This document shows, in pieces, positions 36,500-50,584 of a DNA stretch of 64,000 bases. The stretch lies in the NCBI RefSeq assembly GCF_009914755.1, contig NC_060925.1. One strand, written 5' to 3'. Position 1 is the stretch's first letter. The number at the start of each line of letters is the position of its first letter. This DNA comes from the human T2T-CHM13v2.0 reference genome, Homo sapiens. The position numbers were made by a program, and so were the translations under genes. The notes beneath the pieces are model-generated. The model had not been told where the DNA came from, made no database searches, and saw only the letters and a program-made list of their open reading frames with translations.

Positions 36500-36518
36500 C
36501 AACCAGCAGGGGGTGCTG
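36500..36518 (+). promoter_or_regulatory. Candidate CTCF site
   Basis: CAACCAGCAGGGGGTGCTG closely matches the CTCF core CCASYAGRKGGCRC (one mismatch); motif only. Confidence 0.5.
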
Positions 36519-37035
36519 GCGTCTTTCCCTGAACTTCAGGGCACGCTTGAGAGAGGGTACCTGGCGGGTGGGCAGTGGCCTCAAGTTACCAAACGAAGGG
36601 GTGGGCGCAAGGTGTGCTGATTGGACTCCATTGGCTGCGCTGGGTTCCCGTAGCGTATGTGAGAGATACCTGTCACCACTTCCCGGCTAAGACCCAGCCA
36701 GTTTCAGCAAGGACGTTCCCTCCACTGGACCCACCAGGACCCACTCCCTGCAGGGCACCATGGTCCCTCTCAAGAGGCTTTGGAGGAACTTGGGAGTTAC
36801 AGGGTGTTCCCCTGATGGGAGAGTCCCTGGCATGCCGCGTGTGAATGGGACTGAGTTGGGTGGGGGAGGCTGGGAGGGCACTTGTGCTGGGTGTGATGGG
36901 GGAATGTAGTCCATGTTAGTTCCTCCTAAGAGCAGCCACTAAGAGGACTCTGGGGAGGGACAGATGGGTGCAGTGTTTTAACCCACAAATGGGAGGGTAA
37001 TTCTGGCATGATGGTGGTTTTAGCAATGTTAGTAA

Positions 37036-37447
<412 letters not shown>

Positions 37448-38469
37448 TAGTAGAAAATACAAACTCCTACCCGTGGACTATTGGGGCTATCACGATCTGG
37501 GCTCTGCATCTCCATCTTCTCATGCCAGTCCCATCCTCTGCCTCCCCAACCCCATCGCCCTTCCTCCTGCATGGCTGCAGCCACACCTGGCTTCTTCTCT
37601 TTAATATTCCTACCATGCCTGCCCCACAGGACCTCCGCAGGAGCTGCTCTCTCTGGGGTGTGCACTTCTGGCTCAGGGCAAGGATCCATCTTTCTCACCC
37701 TTCAGGCTGTGTGTAGATAGATGTCCCTCTGTAGTGAGGTCCTCACTATCCAGCTCATTACGCTTCACTTCGGCACCCTGTCCAGACCCTTCACAGTCAG
37801 CTGCCAGCTGTGTTTTCTTATTTATTGGTGCTCATCCAGTCCAGTCCTGGATGGGACTGCCTGCCTCATGAGGGCATGAGCTTTGCCTTCTCCTCTCCCA
37901 GAACCTCCCTGATGTGGTTGCTTGGACACGTGGGCCACCCTCCCAACACCAGACTATCGCAGGGTGCGGGAAGGGCTGGGGCCGCCGCGGGCCTTGAGGA
38001 TCGCCATGTTTCCTTCTCTAGTTTTTGAGACATTGGTGAAGATCCTCTGCCTGCTTCTAGCACACACATCCTGATCTCCTTCTGCCTTCAAGACACAAGA
38101 TGGCGCTTTAAGCCTGGTTGTTAAGAAAGAGGACTACAAACGCTTGAGTTTCTTCCCTCTGCTCGCTCTCAGACGTGGCTTGCGAGGGGATTTGTGGGGT
38201 CCACCTCTCCACAGCTTGGTGGGTGGGTTCCGTCCTCCTCCTCGGACAGGGCAGGACCAGCAGCCAATCACTCCTTCCTGCCAGAGAAGGAAGTGGCGCT
38301 CAAACTGTTTTTCTGACATCAGTAATATCTGCCTATACTCCTCCAGCAGGCATCTCTGAAACATCAGTTTTGGGTGATTGGTCTAAGCCAAGCACCTTTG
38401 ATAGCAAGGGTAAGCCCGCTATCCTTTGCTGGAGATGGGCACGGAGAGGGCATGTGAAGAGTGCCAGAC

Positions 38470-38527
38470 CAGGCGTTGACAAACTATGGCTCATGAGAAG
38501 AATGGAGTGTACATTTTTAAAGGGTCA

Positions 38528-38581
<54 letters not shown>

Positions 38582-39190
38582 TATGCTGCAGAGATCATAT
38601 GTGACCTGACAAGCCTAAAATACTCACTATCTGGTCCTTTATAGGAAATGCTTACTGACCTCTGGTCTAAACACTGAGAGGTAAGGGACCTCTGCTGCAC
38701 CGCCCTGGAGGGATTTTTGATCCCTAAATAAGAAGAGGTGAGGAGGAAGCCTGCCCTTCCTCCTGGCCTGAATGTGCTTCTGAGAGGCAGTCAAGCCTGG
38801 AACTGTGGCAGCCGGCTTGTGACCATGAAGAAACCAGCCCAAGAAGAAAGGCCAACCTGCCAAGGAGGGAACAGGAGCCTGGGGCCTCGAGGACTTTGCT
38901 GAGCCTTCGTGTGACCCTGGAGCCACCTTCCTCTGGAGTTCTTGTGATGGCAGATAATTCAATGTTGTCATTGTTCAAGCCAGGGGTGGGCGAACTTTTT
39001 CCATAAAGGGCCACATGGAAAACATTTTAGGCTCTGTGTGGGCCATGAGATCTCTGTTGGCACTACAACCCTAAAAACAACCATAGACAATGTGTAAATG
39101 AATGGGTACACCTATGTTCCAATAAAACTTTACTTATAAAAATAGATGGTGGGCTGAATTTGGCCCTGAGGGCCAGAGTTTGCTGCGTAT
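38470..39190. mobile_element. MER58-family hAT fossils (~38470-38665 with (CT)n(CA)n; ~38981-39190)
   Basis: caggggtgggcgaactttttccataaagggcc...gttccaataaaactttactta; aagcctaaaatactcactatctggtccttta. Confidence 0.75.
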
Positions 39191-40221
39191 TTTGTTTGTT
39201 TGTTTGTTACTTGCAGCTGACCTATCCTAACTAGTACTCCCTGAAGTCTGCCTCAGCTCAGAAGCGTCCTTGGGTTCCAAGCCACAGGGGCTAAGCTTGA
39301 GTGTGGGTGGGGTCTGCAGCAGGGTGGTGGGAGGGATAAGCACATAAAGGCCCACACATTGATCTGCCCTTTCTATGGTCCAGGTCGTGCTTTCCTGCAA
39401 TATCTTCTCATCATGGGCCTAGCAATCATGATGGGAAGGTCTCACTTTAAGAGAATGCTTTCAGCATTTCCAGGCGGTCCCTGCTTGCCCTCAACACTAC
39501 ATGTAGGCCTCAGCCTCCACACCTAGCATGTTTGTTAAGCAAGACTAAGCCACATGAAGCAACAGGGCAAGGGGAGGGCCCTTGTGTTCTCAGGGTCCCA
39601 CGGCAGAAGTGTGGTTCCGGGAGAAATGGGGGAGTGTGCCCTTCCCTGAACAAGCATATTCCCTCAGTGTGGAGGAGCCCCTCCAAAATTTACAAGTGCT
39701 GTGATGACACGATGCTCATTCAGACCATCAGCTGCAGACAGATTGCAGAAATATGTAAGGGCTCTGTCCTTGGAGGTAGGATCTGGTTGCTCCTTGTTCC
39801 CTAAGCTTGGCCCTGAAGGGAGGGCAGGATTCCAGCCAGAGTGAATGAAGAGTGAGGCTTTGGGGAAGGGCTCGGATTGCCTCTCGTGCTTGTGTTCAGA
39901 TTCCTGCTGATTGGTTGTTCCCCAGGGAGACGAGGCTTCGAGGCCAGGTCTCTGCTCTGAGTTAACTTCACCACCCTGCACCTTGGTGGCAGTAAGAGAG
40001 CGACCTCAAAGGGCCGCTGAGAGAATTGAGGTGGATGCCTGTACAGCTCTAGTTATGGCACCCATTCTGGCCCCTGGCAAGCTCTTACTACGGTTGCAGG
40101 TGTAATTTCCAGTCTCTGCCTCCAGGGATTGCTGCTGAGCACAGACACGTTTCTCTGCTCACAGAGTGAGGCCGCCAAGATGATTCTCAGATCTCTGGTT
40201 CTGTATACAGCCCAGATAGCC

Positions 40222-40680
40222 TGTGAAAGGGGGAATGATAACCCCCAAAGATGTCCACGTCCTAACCTCCAGAACTAGTGAATGGGATGTTGGCAGAAGA
40301 GACTCTGTGGATGAGATTACTTCAAAGATTTGCGACGGGGAGACTATCGTGGGTTATCTGTGTGGATACGCAATGTAATCACAAAGTGTCCTTATAGATG
40401 AAGAGGGAGGCAGAGGAGATTCGACTACAGAAGAGAAGGTGATGCGACCGTGGAGGCAGAGATTGGAGTGATGTGCCCACAATTCACAATGCCAGCAGCC
40501 ACCGAAGAGGCAAGGAATGGATTCTCCTCTAGGGCTTTTACCAAGGGTCCTGGCAACACCTCAGTTTTAGTCCAGGAAGACTCGTTTTGGATTTGTGACC
40601 TCCAGAACTATGAGAGAATACATCTGTGTTGTTTGAAGCTGCCAGGTTTGCAGTAGTGTGTTAGAGCAGCGTGGAAAATC
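40222..40680 (+). mobile_element. MLT1C/D-like MaLR LTR
   Basis: ccccaaagatgtccacgtcctaa...ggaggcagagattggagtgatg...gacctccagaactatgagagaata. Confidence 0.8.
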
Positions 40681-40737
40681 CATTGAGTCCCATTGCCCTG
40701 CTTTTTATGCCTTGATGCCTTGTACAAAAGCAGAAAA

Positions 40738-41525
<788 letters not shown>

Positions 41526-42074
41526 AAAAGCAGAAAAGAGGGCAAATGAGAGTCGGGGACTGTGATCTCATTTTGCCCAGGATGAAGCTGGGTGACCCGG
41601 GTACAGAGCAAGCCCCTTAGCTTCTTGAGCTCCCATGTGCAGAGTGAGGGGCGGATGCAGGGGCAGGGTGTGACTTTGATGAACATTCCCTCCAGGTGGC
41701 TCTGCCCTCGGCCCCCTCTCAGGATTGTTTGTAGCTCTTTGCCTCTTCTTGGCCATTTGGAGTTTTCAGGGGCCCTACTAGGTCCTCTTGACTTCTCACT
41801 TTGCTCTCCTTGGTGGTCTAATTCATGGCCAAGGGCCCACCTGCCGTCCAGACACTGCTTTTCAACCTGACCTCTCAGCTCCAGGCTGGTTATTTCCAAC
41901 AGCCTACTTGGGTGTCTCAAAGGCACTTTACACTCAATGTGTCCAACACTGAACTCAAGGCTCCCGGCATCGCCATTCAGTTATCCCTCCACATTTCCAA
42001 CCCTATGGATTGCACTAGCGTCTGTCCATTATGCAGGCCAGGCTGCAAAGGCTGTCTCAACGCTGCCCTTATGC

Positions 42075-42702
42075 TGTCGGGGCTTAGAACATGACACCCC
42101 AAAGCGTGGTGCCTCAGCCTGAGTATTTTGAACTGAAGGACATTGGAAGGAACTCAGAAGCAAGGTCTTTCCAACCTCCTCAGACCCTCTCTTCTGCTTG
42201 CCTTCATCCTCCAAAGTGAGTCACAGAAACCAGAATTTATCTTCCTCAAGATGGGTCATAGAACCTAGAAACCCTCCTGCTAAAGCAAACCATAAAACCT
42301 AGAAAGGTCACTCTCTATCTTCTCCTTCTCCTTTGAAAACTCTCATTTCAGAAAGGGTCCCGCCCCATACCCAGGAGGAATGGAGGCTACACAGAGAGGC
42401 TGAGAAGAATCTGAGCAGACAGTTTTGCTGGGTCCCCTTTCAGTCTGTTCCCAGTAGGTCATACCCGTTTGTCCAATCACATTTCTATCTGGCTGTCCAT
42501 TCTTCATCTAATCTAAGCATAAAAATTAACAGTTTTCCCTGGGCCTTTGGGTTGTCATTTCTGAAGCCTCCCATGTCACATAAAACTTGGATTAAATAAA
42601 TTTGCTCTGTTTTTCTCTTGTTAATGTGTCTTTTGTTATAGGAGTGTTGGCCGTGACCCTTAAGATGGATAAGTAAAGGACTCACACCTTCACAGCTCTA
42701 CA
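42075..42702 (+). mobile_element. ERV1 solo LTR (MER39/MER34-like)
   Basis: tgtcggggcttagaacatgacaccccaaa...ttaaataaatttg...ctctaca; TG...CA ends. Confidence 0.7.
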
Positions 42703-43470
42703 GCCCCATCTCCAATAAGTAGCCACACCTGCCACTTCTACCCACAAATACCTGGATTCCGCTCATCTCTTCCCATTGTCATTCCTACCACTCAATTCCC
42801 TGTCACCATCATCTCCTGATGGGTCTTCTGGAGCAGCTTCCTCACTCATCTCTCCAGTTCATCCCTTGCTTCTACCAGTCTATCCTTGCTACGGTAAAAC
42901 GGGCATTTGAGAAAGGCAATTACACGGTTACCCCTTCCCTGCTCAGCACTCTCCAATTTGATGGACACCAAAATCCTTGCCTTGGTCCCCTTGGTCCTGC
43001 GTGCCCTCCTCTCTGGCCTCATCTCAAGCCACTGCCCTCGTGCTGCACTCTTCCTCTGTAATCCACACTGCTGGCTTCTTTTCCTTGAATGTGCTATGCT
43101 CCCTCCTGCTGCAGGAGGGCCTTGCACTTGCTGCTTCCTCTTCTTTCTTCTAGTGAATTCCTATTCCTCCTTCAGCTCTCCATTCAAGCCAGTGCCTCAG
43201 GGAAGTCTTCCCTCACCTCTAGACCAGGTCTGGTGTCCCTGCCATGAAGCCTCACAACACCATCCAGCTTTCCTTCCTTGCATCTGTCATAGCTTTTGAT
43301 CATACAATGATGTGTGGGACTTTCTGAATAGTGGTCCCTCTTTACCAATTAACTGTGAGCCTCAAGAGAAAGGAATAATGTCTGTTTGCTCCTCCTCTGT
43401 ATCCCTAGTGGTGGTAGAAGAGGAGATCAATAATTATCCTCAAATGAACTAAAATGAATGGATGCTTAGA

Positions 43471-43775
43471 TTTTTTTTTTTTTTTTTTGAGACAGGGTCT
43501 TGCTCTGTTGCCCAGATGTGATGATCATGGTTCACTGCAGCCTCAACCCCTGGGGCTCAAGTGATCCTCCCACCTCAGCCTCCCAGGTAGCTGGAACTAC
43601 ATGCATCCACCTCTATGCCTGGCTAATTTTTGTATTTTATTTTATTTTATTTTTTTAGAGATGGGCTATTTTTACGTTGCCCAGACTCGTCTCGAACACC
43701 TGGGCTAAAGCAATCTGCCCACCTCGGCCTCCCAAAGTACTGGGATTACAGGCAGGAGCCACTGTGTCTGGCCCA
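43471..43775 (-). mobile_element. AluJ
   Basis: Alu consensus; TSD-like tgctta(a)gat. Confidence 0.85.
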
Positions 43776-44189
43776 ATGCTTAAGATCTTTTGAGACAAAA
43801 AGGAGGAAGTGGGAGATAGTTTCAATACCACAGGAAGCTCAGAAAAAAAAACACCCCCCAACCCCCCCAAAAAACACACATGTATTTATTTGATATTTGG
43901 CTGTGCAGGTTAAAAAGTTATTTATTTATTTATTTGCTTTTGGAAAAACTCGAGTCAGCTTGATGAGGTCACTTTTTCCTGCTACTCCTTCTTATTTGGG
44001 GAGTAAAGGGACTTCCATGATCTGGATGGATGATTGTGATGAGGAGGTTACCGGGATTGCCCTGAGAGAATGGACTGTGAGCTTTCAGGGATGGAAGCTG
44101 CATCTTCATCTCTATAATCCCTTGTTTGGCACAGTGTCAGCCTGAGAAGATGCTTGGCGACAAATATGAATTATGGCACACACTGTTAA

Positions 44190-47100
44190 TTTCTTACCCA
44201 TGAGCAGTTCCTTTGCTTGCTAACAGAAAATCCTGATTTTGCTTGGATAAACAAAGTGTCCAGTGTCAGGTGATGACTCAAGGTTGGTTTAAGCCAGGCT
44301 GGGGCCTTTTGTTCCTTTTTGCCTGATACTTGAAAGAGTTTACAGTAGGGACTGTCCTGTGGTCCACTTCTGCATAATGAGACATAAGGAGAAGTCTGCT
44401 GTGTCCTTCTAAGAAGATTTTCTTCACTGGTTAAAGGCGAGAGACACATCAAGAAAAGCCCCCCTTGACATAGCTTCCTCCATCTTGTTCCTGGAGTCTG
44501 AACTTGGTCATGATGGCTGGAGCTATAACAGCCATCCTGTGATCATGAAGCTCCAAGGGTATAAAGCAGTAATATTCAGGAAGGTGGAGCCTTTGGACAA
44601 AATGATAAAAGGAATCTGGGGCCTCAGCTACATCACTGAGCCTTTTCAAGTCCTTGCCTTCTTCCTCTTAAATCCTGTTATGTTACATAACTAAATGTCT
44701 TTATTGCAAAAGCCACAAGTAGTCAGGCTTTCTGTTATTCACAGCTGAAAGCATTTCTCTTATTTTCAAATAATTTCAGACTTATAGAAGAATTAATTGT
44801 AAGGCAAAGAACTTTCATGACCTTCACCCACCTTCACCAATTGTTATTTGCCACATTTACTTTCTCCATCTATATAGTCTATTCTACTCTATTATCTTTC
44901 CCTGAACCATTTGAAATTCAGTTGCAGGCATCCTTCTCCTCTCCCTTAAACATTTCAGAACATATTCCATCAGAACAAGAAGACTCTAGTGCTCAAGTTC
45001 GGGGAATTTGAGGTTGATGCCATACAATCGTGTAGTCCTTGATAATTGTCTAATATACAGTTCACTTAAAATTTCGCCAACAGTCCCAATAATGCCCTTT
45101 AAGGCACGTTTCCCCTGATCCAGCTGTCATACCTTTTTAGTCTCCCTTAATCTGGAACAGTTCCTCTGCCTCTTTTTGTCTATCATGGGGTTGACGCCGA
45201 AGAACAGTTCAGGTCAGTCCTTGAAGGTCCCTCCATCTGTGTTTGTCTGATGTTTCCTCCAGGGACCGGAATGCTACAGAAGCAATGCTGTGTTCTCAGT
45301 GTATCACATCAAGAAACACTTGGCACCCATTTGTCCTATTCCTGGTGTTGTTAACTTTGTTCAGCTCATTAAGGGAGGACCTGCTGGGTTTCTCTACTGT
45401 TAAGTTACCACTTTTTCTCTTTGCAATTAATAAACCATATGAGTGGAAGTGCTATGAGACAATGAAAACATACTTTACCTTCCTAAATTTTCACTCAGTG
45501 ATGATTCTTCCTTGAATAAACTATTATGATCATGTTTGCAAATGGAGTTTTCTATTATTCCCTCTGTATTTATTCATTGGCATTCTACTGTAAGAAAGTC
45601 TTCTTCCTTCTTCCCTGCCTCCGTCCCTCCCTCCCTCTCTCCCTCCCTCCCTCTCTTCTTCTTTCTTTTCTTCCTTCCCTTTTCTTTCTTTCTATAGCTA
45701 TAGGTTCCCATTTTATTCAATAGACTATAATCTACCATTATCATTATTTATTTGGATGCTCACATCATCCTAGATTTGGCCAGTGGAAGCCCCTTGAAGT
45801 TGATTGATGTGTCCTTTGACATGTCCCTGTCATTTTTTAAATGCTTCCTTGCTTTCTGGCACCACACAGCACTCTGGGCTCACCTTGTACTTCCCTACCC
45901 CAGCCTTAGCATCAGCCATTTCTACAAGGAGCTCTGAGTCCTTTTAGTGAAGGGTGGTATTTATAAACCACAATCTGGATGGTTTGTGGATATTGCACAG
46001 CATTCAGTCAGAAGCCATGGGAAATGAAGCGACATTTATTGAAACTTGTATTAGTCAAGCAACTTAATGCTAGGCTAAGTTGCAGTGAGTAATAATCCCT
46101 AACCCCAGTGACAGTGCAGAAAAAGAAGGGTTTCATATGTGGAGTGTGATGCATGTCAATGGGAGTTTCCTCCACCTGGTGACTCAGGTATCCAGGCACA
46201 TTCATCTCTGCGGGTCTGCCATCTTGACACGAGGTCATTGCAGAAGGAGAGAGGGTGTAGAGTCATGCCAGTTCTTAGGTGCTCCTGACAAGGAGATCTG
46301 CAGCACTCTGCTCACATTCCTGTTTTCCAGAACTCAGCCAGTACCCAGTGCAACTGCCAAAGAGTCTGGGAAGCATAGAGAGTACACGGATAGCTGGAGA
46401 TCGCTCATCACTACTGTCATGATATGTTCATTTATGCAATACAGATCAATGGGTTCACCCCAGTCAGGCTGACTCCAAGAGGCTAAGATGACTTCACCTT
46501 GGGTGGTTTGCAGCTGGGAAAGAAAGGCAAGTCGACACCGATCGAACAGATCATTCACTTCAGTGGGCTGTCGAGCTGTGCTAGAGACAGGTGCAGTGTG
46601 CTGCAGAAATACAGATGGTGACTACTACCCTGGAGTCTTGGGGAGATCCTGGTGTGCATTGGTGTGGGGTTGGAAAGGTGAGTTGGCACTCACCCCCTTC
46701 AAGAAGAAGTGGGAAGGACATTTCAGACAGGGGCAAGTGCAAACGCACAGGGCCTGAAAGAACTAGGCTGGGAGAAGAGGATGGCATTGGAATGGGTGGG
46801 AGAGGGGTCTGCTGGGGAAAGCTGGGGAGGCAAGAGACGAGGCTGGACAAGCAGATTGTGAAGGGCCACACTGAGGAGCTGGGGATTAGTACATTAATTT
46901 TTATTAATTGGATTAATGATTAATAATGTGGGTGGCAGGGAATCATAGGGAGTGTGAAGAACACTGTGGTTGTGTTTTAGGAGGATTGCCTTGGTGGTAG
47001 AGCGTTGGATGGAGGAGATAGGAGTGGGGGTGAACACATCAACACAGAGACCTGCCCAAAGGCTCTGGCAGCCATGCAAGCAAAAAGCGTCGAGGACCTC

Positions 47101-47600
47101 AATTAGGAGGTAGCACTGGGGATGGATAGAAGGGGTTGGCTGGTGGAGCCATTTTGAGATAATGAATCAATAATAGCTTCCATCTATTGTGGATTGTCAA
47201 GATGTATTATTGGCTCACAATCCTTCCTGGCCTTTCCACATTCCTGCGACTTCCCTGTGGACAGGACAGAGCAGATTTCTTGCTGTGCACATGACCAGCT
47301 TTGGCTAGAGATGCATGAGCAGAGTTAGTGCATGCCTGGTCTGACTGGAGGCTCTAACTGAATGTGGTGTTGGGTGGCAGCACTGACCCTACCCCTGCAC
47401 AATGAGAAGAGCAAGCTCCGGGGAACCACTGGCCTGTGAATGAGACACACAGAAGCAAACAGAGCCTGGCCCCCAGTCCGAGGCAAGGCTTCCCAGCTCA
47501 CTGCAAATTATTAGCAAGAAATAAACACTTGTTTTGAGCTGCTGAGCCCCTGGGGCTGTGTGTTATGCAGCAATGCTGTAAAAACACTTGACCAATACAG
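44190..47600. mobile_element. Mosaic of old MaLR (MLT1) LTRs (~44190-44755, ~46047-46420, ~47185-47599) and an L1MC fragment (~44760-46000)
   Basis: MLT1 termini (ttctgttattcacagctgaaagcat; tgtattagtcaag; tgtgttatgcagcaa...ccaataca); L1MC tcagccatttctacaagg. Confidence 0.55.
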
Positions 47601-48716
47601 GGACTTGCCCTTTCGTAAGTACAGCATCTCATTTACCCATGATATCTCTTCATAGTAAGGATTAGGGATGCCATTTTAAAGATGAGGCAACTGAGGCTTA
47701 GAGAGGTTACGTCACTTGCTTAAGGTTCCAGAGCTGGTAAGTCAGAGAAGGATTTGAAGCCAGGACTGTCTCGTAAGCCCATCCTTCTGCCTCTGTCTAC
47801 ACAGTGCTGCCTTTCAAAGGTGGCAAGCTCTTGAGTTAGCCATTTTAACCTGCCAGAAACCTCCTTGCTCCTGAACTGGGGAGAGGGACTGAGCTTTGGA
47901 TTTCAAGAGGAGGATCTAGGGCCACCATCAGGGGTCCTGTGCTTGAGGTGATGTGGCTGGCTCATCACCTGAGCCTTTCCACCTGCCCCTCCCCATCCCC
48001 TCCCCTCTACCCTGCTCCCTGCCCTGTGCCAAGCTGAGCACATTGGCAGGGCTGGTGGCTGGGAGCTCAGCATGTATCCTGTAGCCACAGAACAGAGCTT
48101 TTCTTGCTATAATACAGAGTTCAGTCTTGATATCAGCAGTGGGTGCAGCAAAATCCCACCGATTTTCTTATCAAGTTTTCCATTTGTGTCAGTGAAGCAA
48201 ATCCAATTTAAAATACATCTTCAGAAAAAGGAGGGTCAGTGAGTTCAAACAGAAGAATATTTGCTAACTGGATCAGGAAACCTCGCTCTGTGCTAAACTG
48301 TTTGAGGAAAATCCTCTTAGCACAATTTTGCAGGAGCCAGGCATGTGAAAGGATCATTTCCTCACTATCATCCCCTGAGATCAGGGCTCTGGCTGGATGA
48401 AACGAGGCAGCTGCTTAGCTGATTAGAGCCTGTGCTGATGAGGCTGAGCTCTGAAAGTCAACATCAGGGAGAGATCTTGGTTTCCAGTAGTTTTTAATTC
48501 TTCCCAACTCTTTGTGGGAAAGAGCCTGGGTAAGACAGGACACCAACTACTTGCTCAAAACCACCATCCCCACCAGACAAGCAGCTCATGGAACCCTCCC
48601 TGGGAAAGACTGAAGGCTGTGGAGACCTAGCTGCATATTATATTATATTTTGCATTATAAGGTCTTATCGATACAGAGAAAACTCTCAATTTCAAAAAAT
48701 GATGAGAAACTCAGTC

Positions 48717-49011
48717 TTTTTTTTTTTTTTAGATAGTCTTGCTCTGTCTCATCTCCCAGGCTGGAGTGCAGTGGCACGATCTCAGCTCACTGTAACCTCT
48801 GACTCCTGGTTCAAGTTATTCTTCTCCCTCAGCCTCCCGAGTAGCTGGGATTACAGGTGTCTGCCACCTCACCCAGCTAATTTTTGTATTTTTAGTAGAG
48901 ATGGGGTTTTGCCATGTTGGTCAGGCTGGTTTGAGCTCCTGACCTCAGGTGATCTACCCACCTCAGCCCCGAAAGTGCTGGGATTAAAGGCGTGAGCCAC
49001 CACACCTGGCC
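48717..49011 (-). mobile_element. AluS with 22-bp TSD
   Basis: TSD aaaaaatga(t/a)gagaaactcagt at 48694-48715 and 49012-49033. Confidence 0.88.
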
Positions 49012-49412
49012 AAAAAATGAAGAGAAACTCAGTGTTTTGGATAACAGGGAGAATGTTTAGTGTTCTAAAAATGTATCCTTTCACATGTAAAGCTTCTTGC
49101 CTCTGAGCCTTTGCCAGTGCTGTTCCGTCTGCTAGGGTCGTACTTCCACCCTGCATGCTGGTGAATTCCACTTTGCCCTCCAGCCCAAGCATCATATTTT
49201 CCAGACAGTCATTTGCCATGCTGCCCACCAAACAGGCTGTCCCTTGTTCTCATGCCACTGCTGAACATTGTTTATTCCTTGTGCTAGGCAGGGCTCTGTC
49301 AGTTGTAACAACTGAAACTCCACTTAGACATGTTTCAGCTGAAGGGTGACTTATTGATTTTTATAACTGCAAAGACCATGGTATGCCTGAATTTGGAGGT
49401 TCAAGTAAGTTA

Positions 49413-49560
49413 TTTTCTCTCTCTCTCTCTCTCTCCTCTTCCTCTCCTCCTTCTCATTTTCCTTCTCTTTTTCTTTCCTCTCCTCCTTCCCTCCGTTCTT
49501 CTTTTCCTTCTTTTTCTCTTTCTCCCTCTCTCCTTACTTTTTTCTCTTTCTCTCCTTTTA
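49413..49560. repeat. Polypyrimidine low-complexity tract
   Basis: Direct reading. Confidence 0.9.
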
Positions 49561-50182
49561 ATTTGCTCTATTCTCTATATGGGCCTCGTTCCTTCTACTG
49601 CAAATAAGGAAAATGACCACCTGGAAACCCAAAAGGCCCACCACATCCCAGCAGAGCCACCCCAGCTGAAAGAAACCCAGCTTCTCTCTCCAGCTTCTAC
49701 ACATCAATCCAGGCCAGAACTCCATCTGACCCTTGTGAGACATGCTTCCACACCTCGGTGGACCACTGAGGCTCGGGAATTCAGCATAATGATGGGCACT
49801 TCTGGGGTCATGGGCCTTCCCTGTAGCTAAGGTGACAAAAGGACAGACTGGTCTGGAATGTCCATGCCAGCTGGCTTACATGCCCAGCCATTGATGCTGG
49901 CTGCTTTCTGGGAGCTCAGTTGTGCTCTAGACCAGAAAACCTCCATGTGGCCTCTCCACATGACCCTCATTTCTCAGCATGGTGGCTGCGGCCCAACGGG
50001 GAGACTCTCATGAGCAAAGTTTCCAAAAGACCAAAGTGGCAGCTGCGAGCCTCCTCATGGCTGAGCCTCAGCCCCCATGCAGCATCAGAGCCACTGCAGT
50101 CTTGGCTTCCCAGGAGGCCAGCCCAGAAGCAGCAAGAAAGGGGACCTGGAAACCAGGAGGTTTGGTTCGAGGGAAGGCCCTC

Positions 50183-50584
50183 TGATATAATTTGGATATT
50201 TATCTCCACCCAGATTTCAAGTTAAATTGCAGTCTCCAGTGCTGGAGTTGGGGCATGGTGGGAGTTGTTTTGACCATGGGGGTAGATCCCTCATGGCTTG
50301 CTGCTGTCTTTGAGATAGTGAGTTCTTGTGAGATCTGGTTATTTAAAAGTGTGTGGCATGTCCCTCCCCACACCCACCGACTCTCTCTTCCTTGTTCCTG
50401 CTTTGGCCACATGATGTGCCTGCTCATGATTGTAAACTTCCTAGGCCTCCTTAGAAGCCAAGCAGATGCCAGCACCATGCTTCTTGTGAAGCCCGCAGAA
50501 CAATGAGCCAATACAAACTCTTTTCTTTATAAATTAACTTATCTCAGATATTTCTTTATAGCAACGCAAGAATGGCCTGATACG
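50183..50584 (+). mobile_element. MST (MaLR) solo LTR
   Basis: tgatataatttggatat...catgggggtagatccctcatggctt...ttctttatagcaacgcaagaatggcctgatac; 5-bp TSD-like ccctc/ccatc. Confidence 0.85.

Noticed and set aside
48694-49033. 22-bp direct repeat as an independent duplication
   Set aside because: It is the slightly long target-site duplication of the intervening Alu
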